The translations under genes were made by a program, and so were the position numbers. The notes beneath the pieces were generated by a model. That model was given only the letters and a program-made list of their open reading frames with translations, was not told where the DNA came from and ran no database searches. This document shows positions 1-12,526 of a DNA stretch of 64,000 bases, piece by piece. Source of the DNA: Cycas panzhihuaensis (taxonomy: Eukaryota > Plantae > Cycadophyta); the NCBI GenBank assembly GCA_023213395.1, contig CM041465.1:106895741-106959740 (forward strand). Direction: 5' to 3'. Every line of letters starts with the position of its first letter. The first letter of the stretch is position 1.

Positions 1-2943
1 GCGACAGATCCCAATGGGATCTTCTCGCTACTGTCATAACCTTGGCATCGCCATGGAATAGGTTCCAAGGCGGAAATACCAAGCTCTTGCATGACACGCA
101 AGGGCATGGCATTCACGGAAGAACCGTTGTCGACAACAGTCCTTCGTAGGGTACAATCAGGTGTATCGATGGTAATAGTGAATGGGAAGATCCACTGACG
201 TTCCCTTTCACATGTGGGAGGAAGGTCCTTAGGATCAAAAGAAATAACGGGTTCACGACTTTGGGTGATGCCCAAAGCGTGAACATGCACATCATTTGAT
301 CCTAAAGCTTCCAAGAGGAGAGCCTGTTGCTTGGGACAACTCCTCAAAACATCCATCAAGGACATTCCTACAGCAACGGTATGAAGCTCATCTACGATGG
401 AGAAAGGCTTACCCTTTGTGGTAGGCTGGGTAAATGCCCTTCGAAAATCGTAATGACCTGGGCGCACAGGAATGTCCTTGGGGAAGAGAGTTACTTCTGG
501 AGGAGGGTTCTCTGGAAGAGGATCGGAAGGAGTAGAGGAAGAAGCACCAGCTGCTTCTTTGGTGGCTTGAGACCGGGTAAGGGCATACGAAGGAGTAGCC
601 CCAACCATTTGGATCACCTTCTTCCCCTTGTTTCGGGGCTACGAAGGTGATGGGGTGCGACAACTAGGGGAACGGGAGGAAGAGGATGAATCCCAAGCAC
701 CCTTCCCTTTATCGCGGGAAGGACGGGAATTTGGCAATCTTCCTCAGTTCTGATTATTATTGGATTAAGTGTTGTGATCGTGTTCCCCATGTTTAGGGAA
801 TGGATCCTTGTGAACTGGTTGGTCTAAATTAGGCCTTGAGGCCTGTTTAGGGGAGGAGTCACGTCGAGGGGCATCCTTAGGATCTTTGGGCCCTGGCGTG
901 AGTCATCGTGGAAGCACTCCCCATGAATGGAGCACCACTTCTTCTCAAGCGAGGGATCTGTCTTCCTCGTTTGAGAGGACTGGGCACTTCCATTCCTGGG
1001 GAGGGAAGCTTGGGTTACTTGTTGAACTTGTTTGTTGGATGTTGGAGATGAAGGAGCTTGTAACTTGAGTTCCTTCATCATATGTTCAAACGAACGTATG
1101 GCAGATGTGAGGGGATCTAAAGTCTTCTTAGTTTGATGAGAAGAGGATTTAGAGAATTATTGAGGTTTAGTATCCTTGATTGAAGGTGGTGCCTCACGTT
1201 GCTGTGAGTGCTGGAGAGGCTTCTTGAGTCCAACTTGGATCTCAATAGCCTCCAACGCTAAGCACTTGGCAATCACAGAGTCACATGTGGTCGCCCCCAT
1301 TTTAAGGACTTCCACATATACTTCGGGATAAAGTGCATTAATGAAAAGGTCTCTCTTCAACTCCTTAGGCAACGTGGCCTTAGTGGAGTGAAGAAGGTCA
1401 TGGAATCGTCGCACAAAGTCACGATTCATCTCATCGTGGCCTTATTTGAGTGATAAGAGGGATTTCATTCCGCTCTCAAATGGACGAGATACATCAAAGT
1501 AGTTGATGAATTCGTCCACCAATTGCTGGAATGAAAAGATAGAGTGGGCAGGGAGGCGATAAAACTACTTAAGGGCATCGCCCTGCAAAGATCGTGGAAA
1601 CAATTTCATTAAAATATGGTCGTAAGCCCAGTAATCTATACATGCCATAGAAAAACTATGCACGTGTTCAGCTGGGTCTTACGACGAAGTTCCATCAAAT
1701 CTAGGAATTCAGGAGGATGAGGCAGCAAATTAGTCCTTAATGCCTTAATGGATAAAGGTGTTGACCTATAGTCCATGAAGGGACGTGGCCTAGCCTCGAC
1801 CATAGGATCAACGAATGATGTAGTAGGTAGAGAGCAAGGAACAGACGGGGGCGGAAAACCCATCCCTCCTTGAGGAAATGCCCCTTACTAGAAGGGGGCT
1901 TGAGGATAAGTGCCTTCAAAGGGAGCCGGGTTCCCTTGAGAAGGCATGGCAAAAGGGACTGTGCTAGATGGTGGAAAAGAGGGATGTGGAACTGGGTTTT
2001 GCCCATATGGGCCACCCATGGGTGGGGCAATCCCATATGGGTGTAGCGGATCCACTCCATAAGCTGAGAGGTGGTTCCCTCTACCCTGTCCCCAAGGTTG
2101 AGAAGTGTACCCCAGGGGGATGTAAAAGGAAGAGCCAACAGGTGGGTTTTGAGGGTATGTGGGAGTGGATCCCACATAACTAATGGTGGAAGAGTTAGTA
2201 GGACCGACAGGCCTATTAGAGAAAGTATGCGCCACATTAGGGGATGGCACATTAGTTTGGCTAGGGAAAGGTATGCTAACCTTCAACTGAGGGAAGGACA
2301 TACTGCGGGAAGGTCCTGAAGCACTAGGACCTTGGCAAGGGATAGAAGGTGCAATATGCATCCCCGCAACAGCAATAGGGAAGGAGCGGGATGAATGTGT
2401 AGGCATGAAAGGATTGGTTGTTGTAGGAGGAGTAGATGAGGATGAAGAAAGTGGGGGAGGAGCTGATGAAGAAGAGGCCCCCCCACAGAAAGCATCTTCA
2501 AACCATTTAGGACGTGGTTAAAAATGAGCAGCGTGATAGCACTCGTTAAAAGCTTTAACCACATCGGCGGGAGGGATATCTACATGATCATAAGAGGTAG
2601 ATAGGACCTCAAATGAAGTAGATCCCTCAGGACGTTCCTCATAAGAATCACCAACTGAGTGGTAAATCTCAAGAGGAAAAGATCCTTCTACCATATGAGT
2701 AGAAGGATGGGCGTCAAGCAGGTGATGTTGGTCACCTGAGTAGTAAATAGGATTATCACCCTCCTAGGTGGATCCTGGAATAGAAGAGGGAAACGTATGA
2801 GTTCCCGAGGCTGAGGTGTGGTAGGCCCAATCGGAAGGGTATCCCTCCATAGTCGAATCAGAATCTGATGAAGGAAGATGACGATACCTGGGATCTTCTA
2901 ACAATGGAGGTAATCCACGTAAGTGATGAGAGAAGCGTCGCAT
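1..2943 (-). pseudogene. gag-protease pseudogene (Pro/Ser-rich N-terminus, retrotransposon gag domain, aspartic protease)
   Basis: ORF pieces 1888-2406 and 1157-1429 (NRDFVRRFHDLLHSTKATLPKELKRDLFINAL). Protease RTVVDNGSSVNAMPLRVMQELG at about 80-150. Several stops and frameshifts. Confidence 0.85.
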
Positions 2944-3092
2944 ACAAGGCTAACTAACACTGTAGGAGAAAGAAAGGGCGATAAGGACTGCATGTTGGGG
3001 GCTACCCAACGAAAAAAAATAAAGTAGGAGAAAACCATAAGGAGGTAGTAATACTAGCAGAAAAGAGTGGAAACTAGCTCCCTTACTGGTAG

Positions 3093-3111
3093 GTCCCCAG
3101 TATGGTCACCA
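3093..3111 (-). other. Primer-binding site, tRNA-Arg type (Ogre/Tat-like)
   Basis: Minus strand TGGTGACCATACTGGGGAC lies one base after LTR-terminal CA and resembles the TGGCGACTCCACTGGGGA PBS of Ogre elements. Confidence 0.7.
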
Positions 3112-5929
3112 GTGGATGCGCGTCTACGGGATAGCTACCTAACTAAGTAGGAATAACGACGGCGGTCAATGACACTATCAAGTATAGATAAGAACCTACG
3201 AGCAAGGCAAATACCACGCAGGGCACCCTGTGCACTGGAGCGCAAGTTCGGGACCTGCGGATGGTACCTAACTACCTAAAGGTGGTTCCCCACTTCAGTT
3301 AAGAAGAGAGGAGGCGGAAGATTAACTTAGGTAGATCTAGGAGAAAGGGTCCTCCCACCTTTGGATGGTTGGAAGGGAAGGGAGAGAAACCCTCAAAGGT
3401 TTCCCTATAGCTGAGGGAGACGAGTAGGGAGTAGGTAGGTGAGCAACCTACGAATAAGAGGGCAAAGGTAAAGTTTACAAGCCAGAGGGAAAGGTTAAAA
3501 GGGAAAGCTTCCTAAAACCTTTTCCTATGATAAATATAATGTGTGAAATGTAGCAATATAAACCAAAAGAGAGAGTCAGTTTTCCTTTTCCTTTTAAATG
3601 ATCTAATAACTACCGTGCAAAATCTTTTAAAGAAAAGAAAGTGAAATGGAGCAAGAGCGCATACCCAGAATAGAGACACGGTTGAAGCAGCAGTATTCCT
3701 ACAAGGTGTCTAAGACCGCTCTACAAAGCACGGTGAAAGAGAGGGATCACAGTAGGACGAAGCGTGGGGCTTCCTTACCTTCCCCAAAAGCAACTCTAGA
3801 GTGCCAAGAAAGGAAAAAAGAAAAATGATGGCAGCAAATGAAATGCTAAAATAAAGTATAGGTAAAAGCACTTACCCACAAGAGAGAGAGAAAGGGGTGA
3901 GTCCTTTACATCCTCTGTGTACCTACAAGTAAATGAGAGTATCCTTTTCTGAAGAAAGGGTGCTAGCAATACAAAGTAGAATCCTAACAACATATGTATA
4001 TATGTAACAAGCATAAGCCTCAACACATATATGTTAGCATTCAATATTACAATAGTAAACTATAATGAAAACTATCCAAATGAATGGTGGATAAGTTGGT
4101 AAGCCTCGGAGTGGCCCACCTCCCGCAAAAAGTAACCCTACCTTCCCTCAAGAAGCCACAAGGCAACAAGGATAGGGCTATACAAAGGGCTAAAAGTAGA
4201 GACAACAAGAGTAGAAGGAAGCTCAAAGAGATTCCCAACAAACTGGAGTACTATAGGAAGTAAACCGGGTGGCTAAGGACTAGGTTGAGTTAGGGACAAG
4301 TAGCCGGGGCTTATGCGTGGCTCAGATAGAAGATATAGGCCTACAAACCAGTGTTGCAATAGGTGCAAACACTGATTTTAGCAGCTGGAAATAGGCTTCA
4401 AACCCTTAGCCCCACTTCAGGAGTAGCACGGAAATAAAGAGGAAGGTTTGGAGGGCAAGAGCCTCTTAGGGAGCATGAGGGTGGTGCAAAATCCACCCAG
4501 CTTTATCCCAAACCTTATGCAACCCTATTTGGCCACTGTCTTGGGTGTGAAACATAGGAAAAGGAGCCTAAACAATAGGAAGGATAGTCCAAGACAAAGG
4601 CAAAAAATAATCTCCAAAAGTAAGACAAGACAAGCTAGAAATAACCATGTAAAACTGGGCATAAATTGGGCAAAAGGAAGACTTTAAACCAATAAATACC
4701 TCTGAAGAAGATGGGAGGTGTTTGCCTCTATCAAAACCTATTGATAAAAGGTTGAGAAATCTGAAAAAAGTTGTGGAGTAGCAGGTGTGGAATCCCTGCT
4801 AAGGTGGTTGAAGGAAACCCTGCACTTGACACTGCTTGGTGGCTGCCTGGGCAAAGAAGTCCTGGAAACTCTTCAAAGAGGACCTCTCCAAGGTGTGCAA
4901 GGGGTTGGGAAGATGTCACAGCTGAACCAAAGGAGAGGTGAGTCTTGGAGAGTAATTCTGAGGTCCTGGAGCAATGATAGGCAAGAACAAACATCAGACA
5001 ATAGGGTATTTTTCCTTGTGATCCTTCTAAAATGAGGCAAAAAGATCCCTAAAATGATTTAGGTAAGACTCAAATACCCAGCCCCAACCCTAATCGAGTG
5101 ATTAGGGCACAACTGGTGGTGATTCAAGTTGTAAGACACGTGGTAATTCCGCAATAAATGCGATAATTACCACGATGGATTTTAAAAAATAAATCATGAC
5201 AATCGCACCACAGTAAACTTGGCGATCGCGAAATCTGTGGTCTTGGGGACGAGGCCAAAACTAGCCCAAACAGCCAGCCTGAGCTATGGACCAGTGGCCT
5301 AGGAGGCCGACAGGGGGTAGGCCCACCTTCCTAGAGGCAGACAAGTAGACTAATGAGCCACAGGAAGCAACAATGGGACTCAAAGGTGCGACAAGTCGAC
5401 CAAACGATGATGGATCATCACACAGGCAAGGATGACGTGAGCCAAATGGGTCTTAAGGTGAGTAGGGCAGAATACGGGAAGTGATGCAGCCAATGGGGTG
5501 TCACACTCGCTGGGAATGTGCCCCTGCTATAGTCGTCATAGGATAAATAGGTGTAGATGACAACAGGACCATCTACGAAATCATAGCATGCAAGCAGGTA
5601 CTCATCACAAAGGAAAACAATAATAAGGTGATAAGCATACCTGCACTTACTTGAGTCGATCGCTCCGTATCCATTCCTAGAAGCTGGGAAACAGAGAGGA
5701 AAATATAATGAGCAATACTTATTACTTAGAGGAAAAGTGCAAGCAAAATATTTAGTGAGCAAACAACAGATGCAATAAAGCACACGAGAGATTCAAAAGA
5801 GATTTAATAGAACAATGCAAAAGAGTCTTCCATAACAGCTCAAATTGTATATTGTATAACTACAACATGTTTCACTCTATATGAGCTCATTAGCGAATGA
5901 TGAGAGGCTATGGACATAATGAAGACCTG

Positions 5930-7250
5930 TGTAGCATTCCTTTCCTCCTATCTAGTCAACTTCTAAAGAGTTGTTTGGCCGACTTAAAGTGAGTAGGAAT
6001 TACCTTATTTTCTGGCCAATTTCAAAATATATTCTAACCAACTTTGAATGATTATTCTAGTTGACTTCCATCCTCCTTTTGGCCGAGTTACTTAGCGCCA
6101 TTTGTGCCATCTATTTATAAGGATCTTGGGCCTATTCCTATAGCATCCAAAGTGAATAGTGGCTGCTTGCATTTTTGGCCTTTAGGGCTACAATTTGGGA
6201 GGGAACCTTGCCTCGAAGAGAAATATAGAATCTGGTGACTTTTTCTGTAAGTTGTACATAGCATTTATTATATTCAAAATTGATATTGAAAGCTTAATTT
6301 CTCTATTCTAGTTAAGTACTCTCTTGTGTGATATCAAATATTAGATCGCTTGCATTCTTTATGTATATTACACACTATTTTCCTAGTTTTCGATAAATTT
6401 GGTTTATGGCATTGCTACAAGCGGTATTAGAGGTTCGTTAGAAGGCATTCTGAAGGAGATTCAACTTTATTATAACAAAGGAAGTCAAAGTGAAAATAAG
6501 GAAATACTATCCTCCTTTTCTTTCCTTACCCCACTTCCTTTCAAATGGAACTAAGGTCAGGAAGGACTCTTTAACAAAATAAGATGGTGAATACCCTAGT
6601 AGTAACCATAGGAGACATAGATAAAAGGGTCAACCAATTGAATGATAAGATATAAAGCATGGACACACGTTTAGAAGGAACCCTAAATGACCTCAAGAAT
6701 TCACTGAACAACATAAGCAAGAGGTTGGATGAGATTAAAGAAGAAGGAGAAACTTGAAGATAAGATAAATCTCAGAAACACAAAGATTGTTGGGAGTCTA
6801 AAGAAGAATTCTATGAACAAAAGAACCAAAGGGACCACTAGCAAAGAAATCAAAGGGATTTTGAACTAAAAAATAGCCTCAAAGAGACAAATTTATTTTT
6901 TTTCTTAAATGGTCCTGACAAATCAAGAGATATTCATAGTTGGATACGTCAGGTGGAAATCTACTTCTAGGCATACACCCTACACAATCAAGAGCAAGTC
7001 TTAATAGCATCTCTCCCTTTATTTGACAAGGAACTTCAATGGTTCCATTGGTAGAAAAGAACATGCAAGAAGGCAATGGGCAACAATTGACATTCCCTAA
7101 AAACAAATCTCATACAGCAATACGAGAACACTTGGAACACATATTACTTCTATTAGCTCACTCAATTACAATAAACAGGTTTAGTATAAGCATGACTAAG
7201 AAATCTACTTCCTACTACAATTCTTCACTTGTCAAGGGTTTTCCACTATA
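5930..7250 (+). mobile_element. Truncated Ty3/gypsy (chromovirus-type) element: 5' LTR 5930-6419, degenerate tRNA-iMet PBS, gag remnant
   Basis: LTR termini TGTAGCATT...ATTGCTACA, then AGCGGTATTAGAG (compare TGGTATCAGAG). Gag-like MELRSGR, DIHSWIRQVEIYF and QLQ*TGLV follow. Termini match those of the LTR at 61622-62086. Confidence 0.7.
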
Positions 7251-7489
7251 GTCTAGGGTGTGTACAGGTGGTCAACATACATATTCTTTAGTTAATCATC
7301 CATATAAGTCCACAATTCACATGCATTCCACAATAAGTACACACAATTGTTCACATAACTCTTTTTATTTCATTAGATAATAGTCAAAATTACATCATAC
7401 AAGGTCCATTCAGTCTAACTGGTCAACATTACTAGATTAGGAACCGTTGGAATTCACTAACTTGGTTATCACATCCATCCCATTGAATG

Positions 7490-10400
7490 GATGTGATTAT
7501 ATACACTATGTGGTTAGTCCTCACCTCCAACCACATCCCAAGTGGTTTGAGAGCATCTTGCGAAGCGTTGCGTCTCCTTCCTCTACATCTGCCTTACCTC
7601 ATCCATCCCGTTCAACTCCTCTACCTACGATGAGTTTATCTTTTGCCTCATCTTCCTCTCCTCATGGTCCATGCTCCATGAGGACCACCGAAGGTATATC
7701 CTCTTCCCAACTTGGGTTGAGCATGCCCCCTTCTAGTCAAACTACTACACCTCTGCCGACTATAGTATATCCACCACCAATTGGATCTAAGGGACCTGCA
7801 TGCGCCCCTACTTCTAGCCATGTGGGGGTCATCCCCACACACTCCCAAGTTCTACCTAGGGATCCCTCCCTTTGTGTGCCCCTAGGTTACATCTCTCAAC
7901 CATAGGAGCATAGCAAGGGAAGCTCCCTTTTAGCTTATAGGGTGGACCCTTTGCACCTATATGGGGCCACACCACCCACGGGCGGCCTATATAGGCAAAA
8001 CCCTGATTCTACACCCCTCTTTTCCATCCTTCCATGTCACACCTCATGTTGCACCTTTGCAAGGAGGGCAAGTTCTCTCCTAAGGTACCTTCTCTCATGC
8101 TCCTTTCCAACAAGGGGCATTTCCTCAAGGAGGGATGGGTCCTTCACCCCCATGTGCTCTTATGTATATTTTTTCGAATGTGGGACTAGTGCCTTCTCAT
8201 CAAACAGGAGGAGGCCAATATCCCCTTTCGAATCAAATTCCCCAAGGAGGATTTAGGTAACCTTGTCTACCTCCTCTTCCATCTCTCATCGATCCTATGG
8301 TCCAGTCAAGGGCACGTCCCTTTATGGACTATAGGTCGACAACCCTATCTATTGAGGTGCTAAGGACCAACTTACCGCCTCACCCTCCCAAGGTTCCTAA
8401 ATTTGATGGAACCTCATTGCAAGACCCAATGGAGCATGTCCATAGCTTTTCTATGGCATGTATTGATTATTGGGCTTATGACCATATCCTTATGAAACTC
8501 TTCCCACGATCTCTTCAAGGTGATTCCCTTAAGTGGTTCTATCACCTACCAACACATTCTATCTTTTCATTCCAACAACTCGTGGATGAATTTGTCAATT
8601 ATTTTGATGCAGCTCATCCTTTCCAAGGTAACCTTACTTCCACGAAGGATGGTCTCCTCAGGTCTTACCTTCGTGGAGTGAAGCAGGTCATGGAAGTGTC
8701 TCACAAGGTAACCTTACCTGAGGTCTGAGTAGAAAGAAGGTAACCTTACCTGAGGAGCTGAAGTAAGACCTCTTTATCAACACCCTTCGCCTAGAAGTCT
8801 ACGTTGAAGTCCTCAAAATGGGGGCAATAACGTGCAACTCCACCATAGCTAAGTACTTGGTGCTCGAGGCCATTGAGATCCAAGCGAGTCTCAAGAAGCC
8901 TCTTAAGCCCTCACAACGATGTGAGGCACCTCCACCACTCTGTGAGACTAAAGTCCAATAGCCTACCAGGTCTTCTTCCCATCTAACAGAGAAGACCTTG
9001 GATCCTCTCACCTCCACTATACGCTCATTCGAACGTACCATGAAGGAGCTTAAACTCCAAGCCCTTTCATCCCACACCTCTCATAAACCAGTTCACTAGG
9101 CCTCTCAAGCTGCTCCCCTCAAGGGTAACACCCAATCTTCTCAAACGAGAAATCTCAATTCCTCCCTAGAGAAGAAATGGTGTTCCATCCATGGAGAGTA
9201 TTTCTACGAAGATTTATAATGCGGGCCCGGACCCTAGAGCGACCCATGATGTGATTCTTCTCCCAAATGGGCATTTAGGCCAAACCTAGACCAACCCATC
9301 CACAAGGATCTTTTCCCTAAACACAAGAATGTGATTGCAATAACCAACAAAAGGATAACCAAAATAGAGGGAGGTCCCCAAACCCTCGCCCTTTGCAAGC
9401 CAAAGGGAAGGGTACAAGGGATTTGTCCTCTCCTTCTGGTTCCCTTGATTGTCGCACTCCTTCACCCTCTCGATCCTGAGACAAGGGAAAGAGAGTCATT
9501 TCGATGCTCGAGACCATGCCATTATATGCCTTAACCCAGTCTCAAGTGGCTAAAGAGGCAAACGACGCCTCTTCTTCCATACCTCACCTTGATTCCCTTC
9601 TGAAAATCCCTCCTTCGAAATTCCCTATGCTCCCTAAGACTATTCCTATGTACCCCAGTCGTTGCGACTTTTGAAGGGCCCTTCCTCAACCTACCGTGAA
9701 GGGGAAGCCCTTCTCTATTGTCGACGAGCTTCACACTGTGGCCGCGGGGATGTCCATAATGGACGTCTTAAGGAGCTGTCCTGAATAGCGTATAATTCTC
9801 TTAGAAGCCTTGGGATTAGGTGACGCATCCATTCACGCTTTAGGCACTACTCTAAGCTATGAAATTGCCATCTCCTTCAACCCAAAGGATCTTCCTCTAA
9901 CTAATGAAAGGTAATACCAATGGCACTATCCCTTTATCATAACTATTGATACTCCCGACTGCACTCTTTGAAGAACTGTTGTGGACAAAGAATCTTCCAT
10001 CAATGTTATACCCTTGCACGTCATGCAAGAGCTTGGCATATCAGCACTAGAGCCAGTTCCATGGCAATGTCAAGGCTACGATGGTAGTGAAAAGACATCC
10101 TTAGGATCAGTGTCCATTCCACTCACCCTCAAGGACAAAACTATCATAACTGACATTGTAGTTCTCGATGTCGACATTGACTACAACCTTTTGTTGGGAC
10201 ACCCATGGCTCGACCAAATAGAAGTTGTGTGCTCGTCTCGTTGGGGACAACTTAAATTCGTCCATGAAGGGCAAATAAAGGTTATCTCTGAGGAGCCTCC
10301 TCCCACCAAACAAACCCGCTAACCTCATCAAACGGCTTGTGATAAGGTAAAGGGCGATAAGGATTTATTTGCCCATACTTCTACTTGATCTATCAATATT

Positions 10401-10882
10401 CCTGGCTCATCTAGCTTGGGAGAAAGTCCCTCCTCTTCTTTCTTAAATCTCATCTACTTCGTCCCTATTGGCATAGGGAGTTATGGTTATCTTGTTGTGC
10501 TTAGTGACGATGAGTCCAATAGCGAGGATGAGGACTCTCCTCATCCCATATCCCTCCTAAATGTAAGTAGGAGGCACTATATTCGTTCCAGGTCTAGACT
10601 TGAACTTTCTCTATTAGGGAGACCAACTTTCCTCTTGGATCACATATCATCATTCCTACCAATCATGCAATCCCCCATATCACTCTATCTTCCACTTTGT
10701 TTCCCTCTATAGGTGATGAAGCGAGGGAGCTTCTTATCGTTTCTCACAAGAGGACCCCTTCTGACTATTCTAAAAAATCCCTTGGGTATATCGAATGGTG
10801 GGTCGACCACTACGGTCCCACCACTCCTTCTACTCCTCTCCCCTCATCTTCTCGAAGCGTGGTCATCCATGGGGTGGACTAC
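7490..10882 (+). mobile_element. Second, 5'-truncated copy of the Ogre/Tat-like gag-protease element, without RT/RNase H/integrase
   Basis: Colinear homology to the reverse complement of 1-2550 (ARPFMDYRSTTLSIEVLRTNLPPHPPKVPKFDG; LEKKWCSIHGE). Protease RTVVDKESSINVIPLHVMQELG...YNLLLGHPWL at 9960-10322. PPT-like GGGGTGGACTAC at 10871-10882. Confidence 0.8.
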
Positions 10883-12160
10883 TAAAGAGGTTAGGAGTTA
10901 AGTGAGGGAATGATAAGTGGGGGTTGCAGGTGTAGGGTGTTTATAGCCTATTGACCCTAAAAGTATAATAGATTTACCTAGTACACCAAAATAAGCATGA
11001 GAAGCTCGTTAAGATAGGATAAGTGGGTCTTAAGCGAATTTTTTAGGCAATGGGTCCCATAGATGCCTATATAGCATTATACCCTAAAATTTTAAGTTAA
11101 AACTACCCTAACGAAAAATGATCAACATGACACAATACCCTAGGTATTTTCATATTATAGACCTTTTTTTTTTAATAAAATCCTAAATCTAACTATGTCA
11201 GTTATTTTTAAATCTAGGAAGTATTTTAAAAATTAGAATTCTCAGTAGAGTAGGAAATTACTTTCTTTTAATAAATCTAATTATTGGTAGTTATTTTTTC
11301 TTTACGAACTAGAATTGTTATTGATAGATTATTACCTACATGGTTATGTTTAGCATGTGAAGTTATCAATTAAAAGTCTGTTATCCTATGTCTTTAGATC
11401 TTAAGTAAGAACTAGAATATTCTAAGCATGATGTGAGTAGTAACAAAGTATCCTACCAACTACTAGAAAAAGTGCATTTGGTCTTATAAGCATATTAATA
11501 AACTTTTTATGTAGAATATAAGAACAGGTAGCTTCATGGCACTAATCACCAACTAATACACTACAAGACTTCAGTGACCAATAAGTTGTCTATATTAAAA
11601 AGGATTCAAGATCTAAAGGGGTCCTCCTCTATGCCCAAAGGTATGTGGAGGCTCAATTCTATAGCTAAGTTTTGTCTATAGGGCTTAGTTCAGGAGCGTT
11701 ATCTCTAGTCCTTAATGTAAGGGGGAAAAAACTCATATTATGCTTAGCCAGAATGAAAGATCATTATGATTTTTATAGACCACTGGTATGGGGTCTCTAT
11801 CTAACTACTTTAAGTAGTTGCTACACAAAGTTATCTACCTAGGAATGAGGATCAAAAGGGAAAAGGATAGCTGCTAAGTGGAGTTATCTACCCTTAGACT
11901 AACAATACAAGTATTGTAATTGAAATAAAATTGAACTGAACTAAATCAAATTCAAAGAAAAGGTGTTGAGCATTACTGAGGGGAAATAAAATTTCCTTTT
12001 CTTTATGAGTCTTAAATACCACAGTTTTTATTCCTCGATATCCCTATAGAGAGAGTACTAAGAGGTGATCTTTTCTCAATCTCTACTTGTGTAAAGAAAG
12101 TACTTAATCATATTAGAGGGAAAAAATTTCCTTGATTTTTACCTATTCTATAGTTCCCAT
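10883..12160 (+). repeat. Long LTR-like non-coding repeat (candidate 3' LTR of the 7490-10882 element); related copy at about 19900-21250
   Basis: Follows the PPT-like tract. Shares blocks with 19940-21240, e.g. AAAATGATCAACATGACACA vs AAAATGATCAGCATGACACA and AAAGGTATGTGGAGGCTCA vs AAAGATATGTAGAGGCTCA. Confidence 0.5.
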
Positions 12161-12161
12161 T

Positions 12162-12526
12162 TGTTATATAACTGAGCTATGATACTACTTAATATAGTTC
12201 TCTTAGTCTGTCTTTATATATAAATAGAAAATAAAACATAGAAAAAGAGTATAAATAAACACTAAAATAAATACCAAAAGATCATACTAAAGGGCAATAG
12301 TAATTTCACATTCACAAACTAATCTTCTTTCATATCCATAGGGCCTTAAATAGGCAAATGAGCCATTTAGAAAATGGATCTCATCGAAGAGGCATTGGGC
12401 CTTTATTTCCATTAGTAGACCCAAGTGACCTACATACACATTTTAATTATGAGCATTAACATCTGCTTCTTACTAACAAAGAGTACATTCTCAAGAGTTC
12501 TGCCAACCACTAGTGGTTATATAATA
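12162..12526 (-). repeat. LTR of the TGTTATATA-terminal chromovirus family (probable solo LTR)
   Basis: Termini TGTTATATA...TATATAATA. Internal blocks GCCTTAAATAGG and ACACATTTTAAT are shared with LTRs 15271-15665 and 21332-21714. Confidence 0.55.

Larger units (their letters stand above)
1..5929 (-). mobile_element. Ogre/Tat-like Ty3/gypsy LTR retrotransposon, 5' part (long LTR, tRNA-Arg-type PBS, gag, protease); runs off the left edge
   Basis: Minus strand reads LTR end ...GCATCCA (3113), then C, then a PBS, a short leader, and ATG at 2943 (MRRFSHHLRGLPPLLEDP). Retrotransposon gag core (FPRSLQGDALK.FYRLP..SIFSFQQLVDEF) and protease follow. The outer LTR boundary was not identified and is set at the next element (5930). 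Confidence 0.7.

Noticed and set aside
3646-5783. Several 60-120-aa ORFs, some hydrophobic, as an extra Ogre ORF or env-like gene
   Set aside because: They lie upstream of the PBS, i.e. within the presumed LTR, are short, mostly start at non-ATG codons and show no motif.
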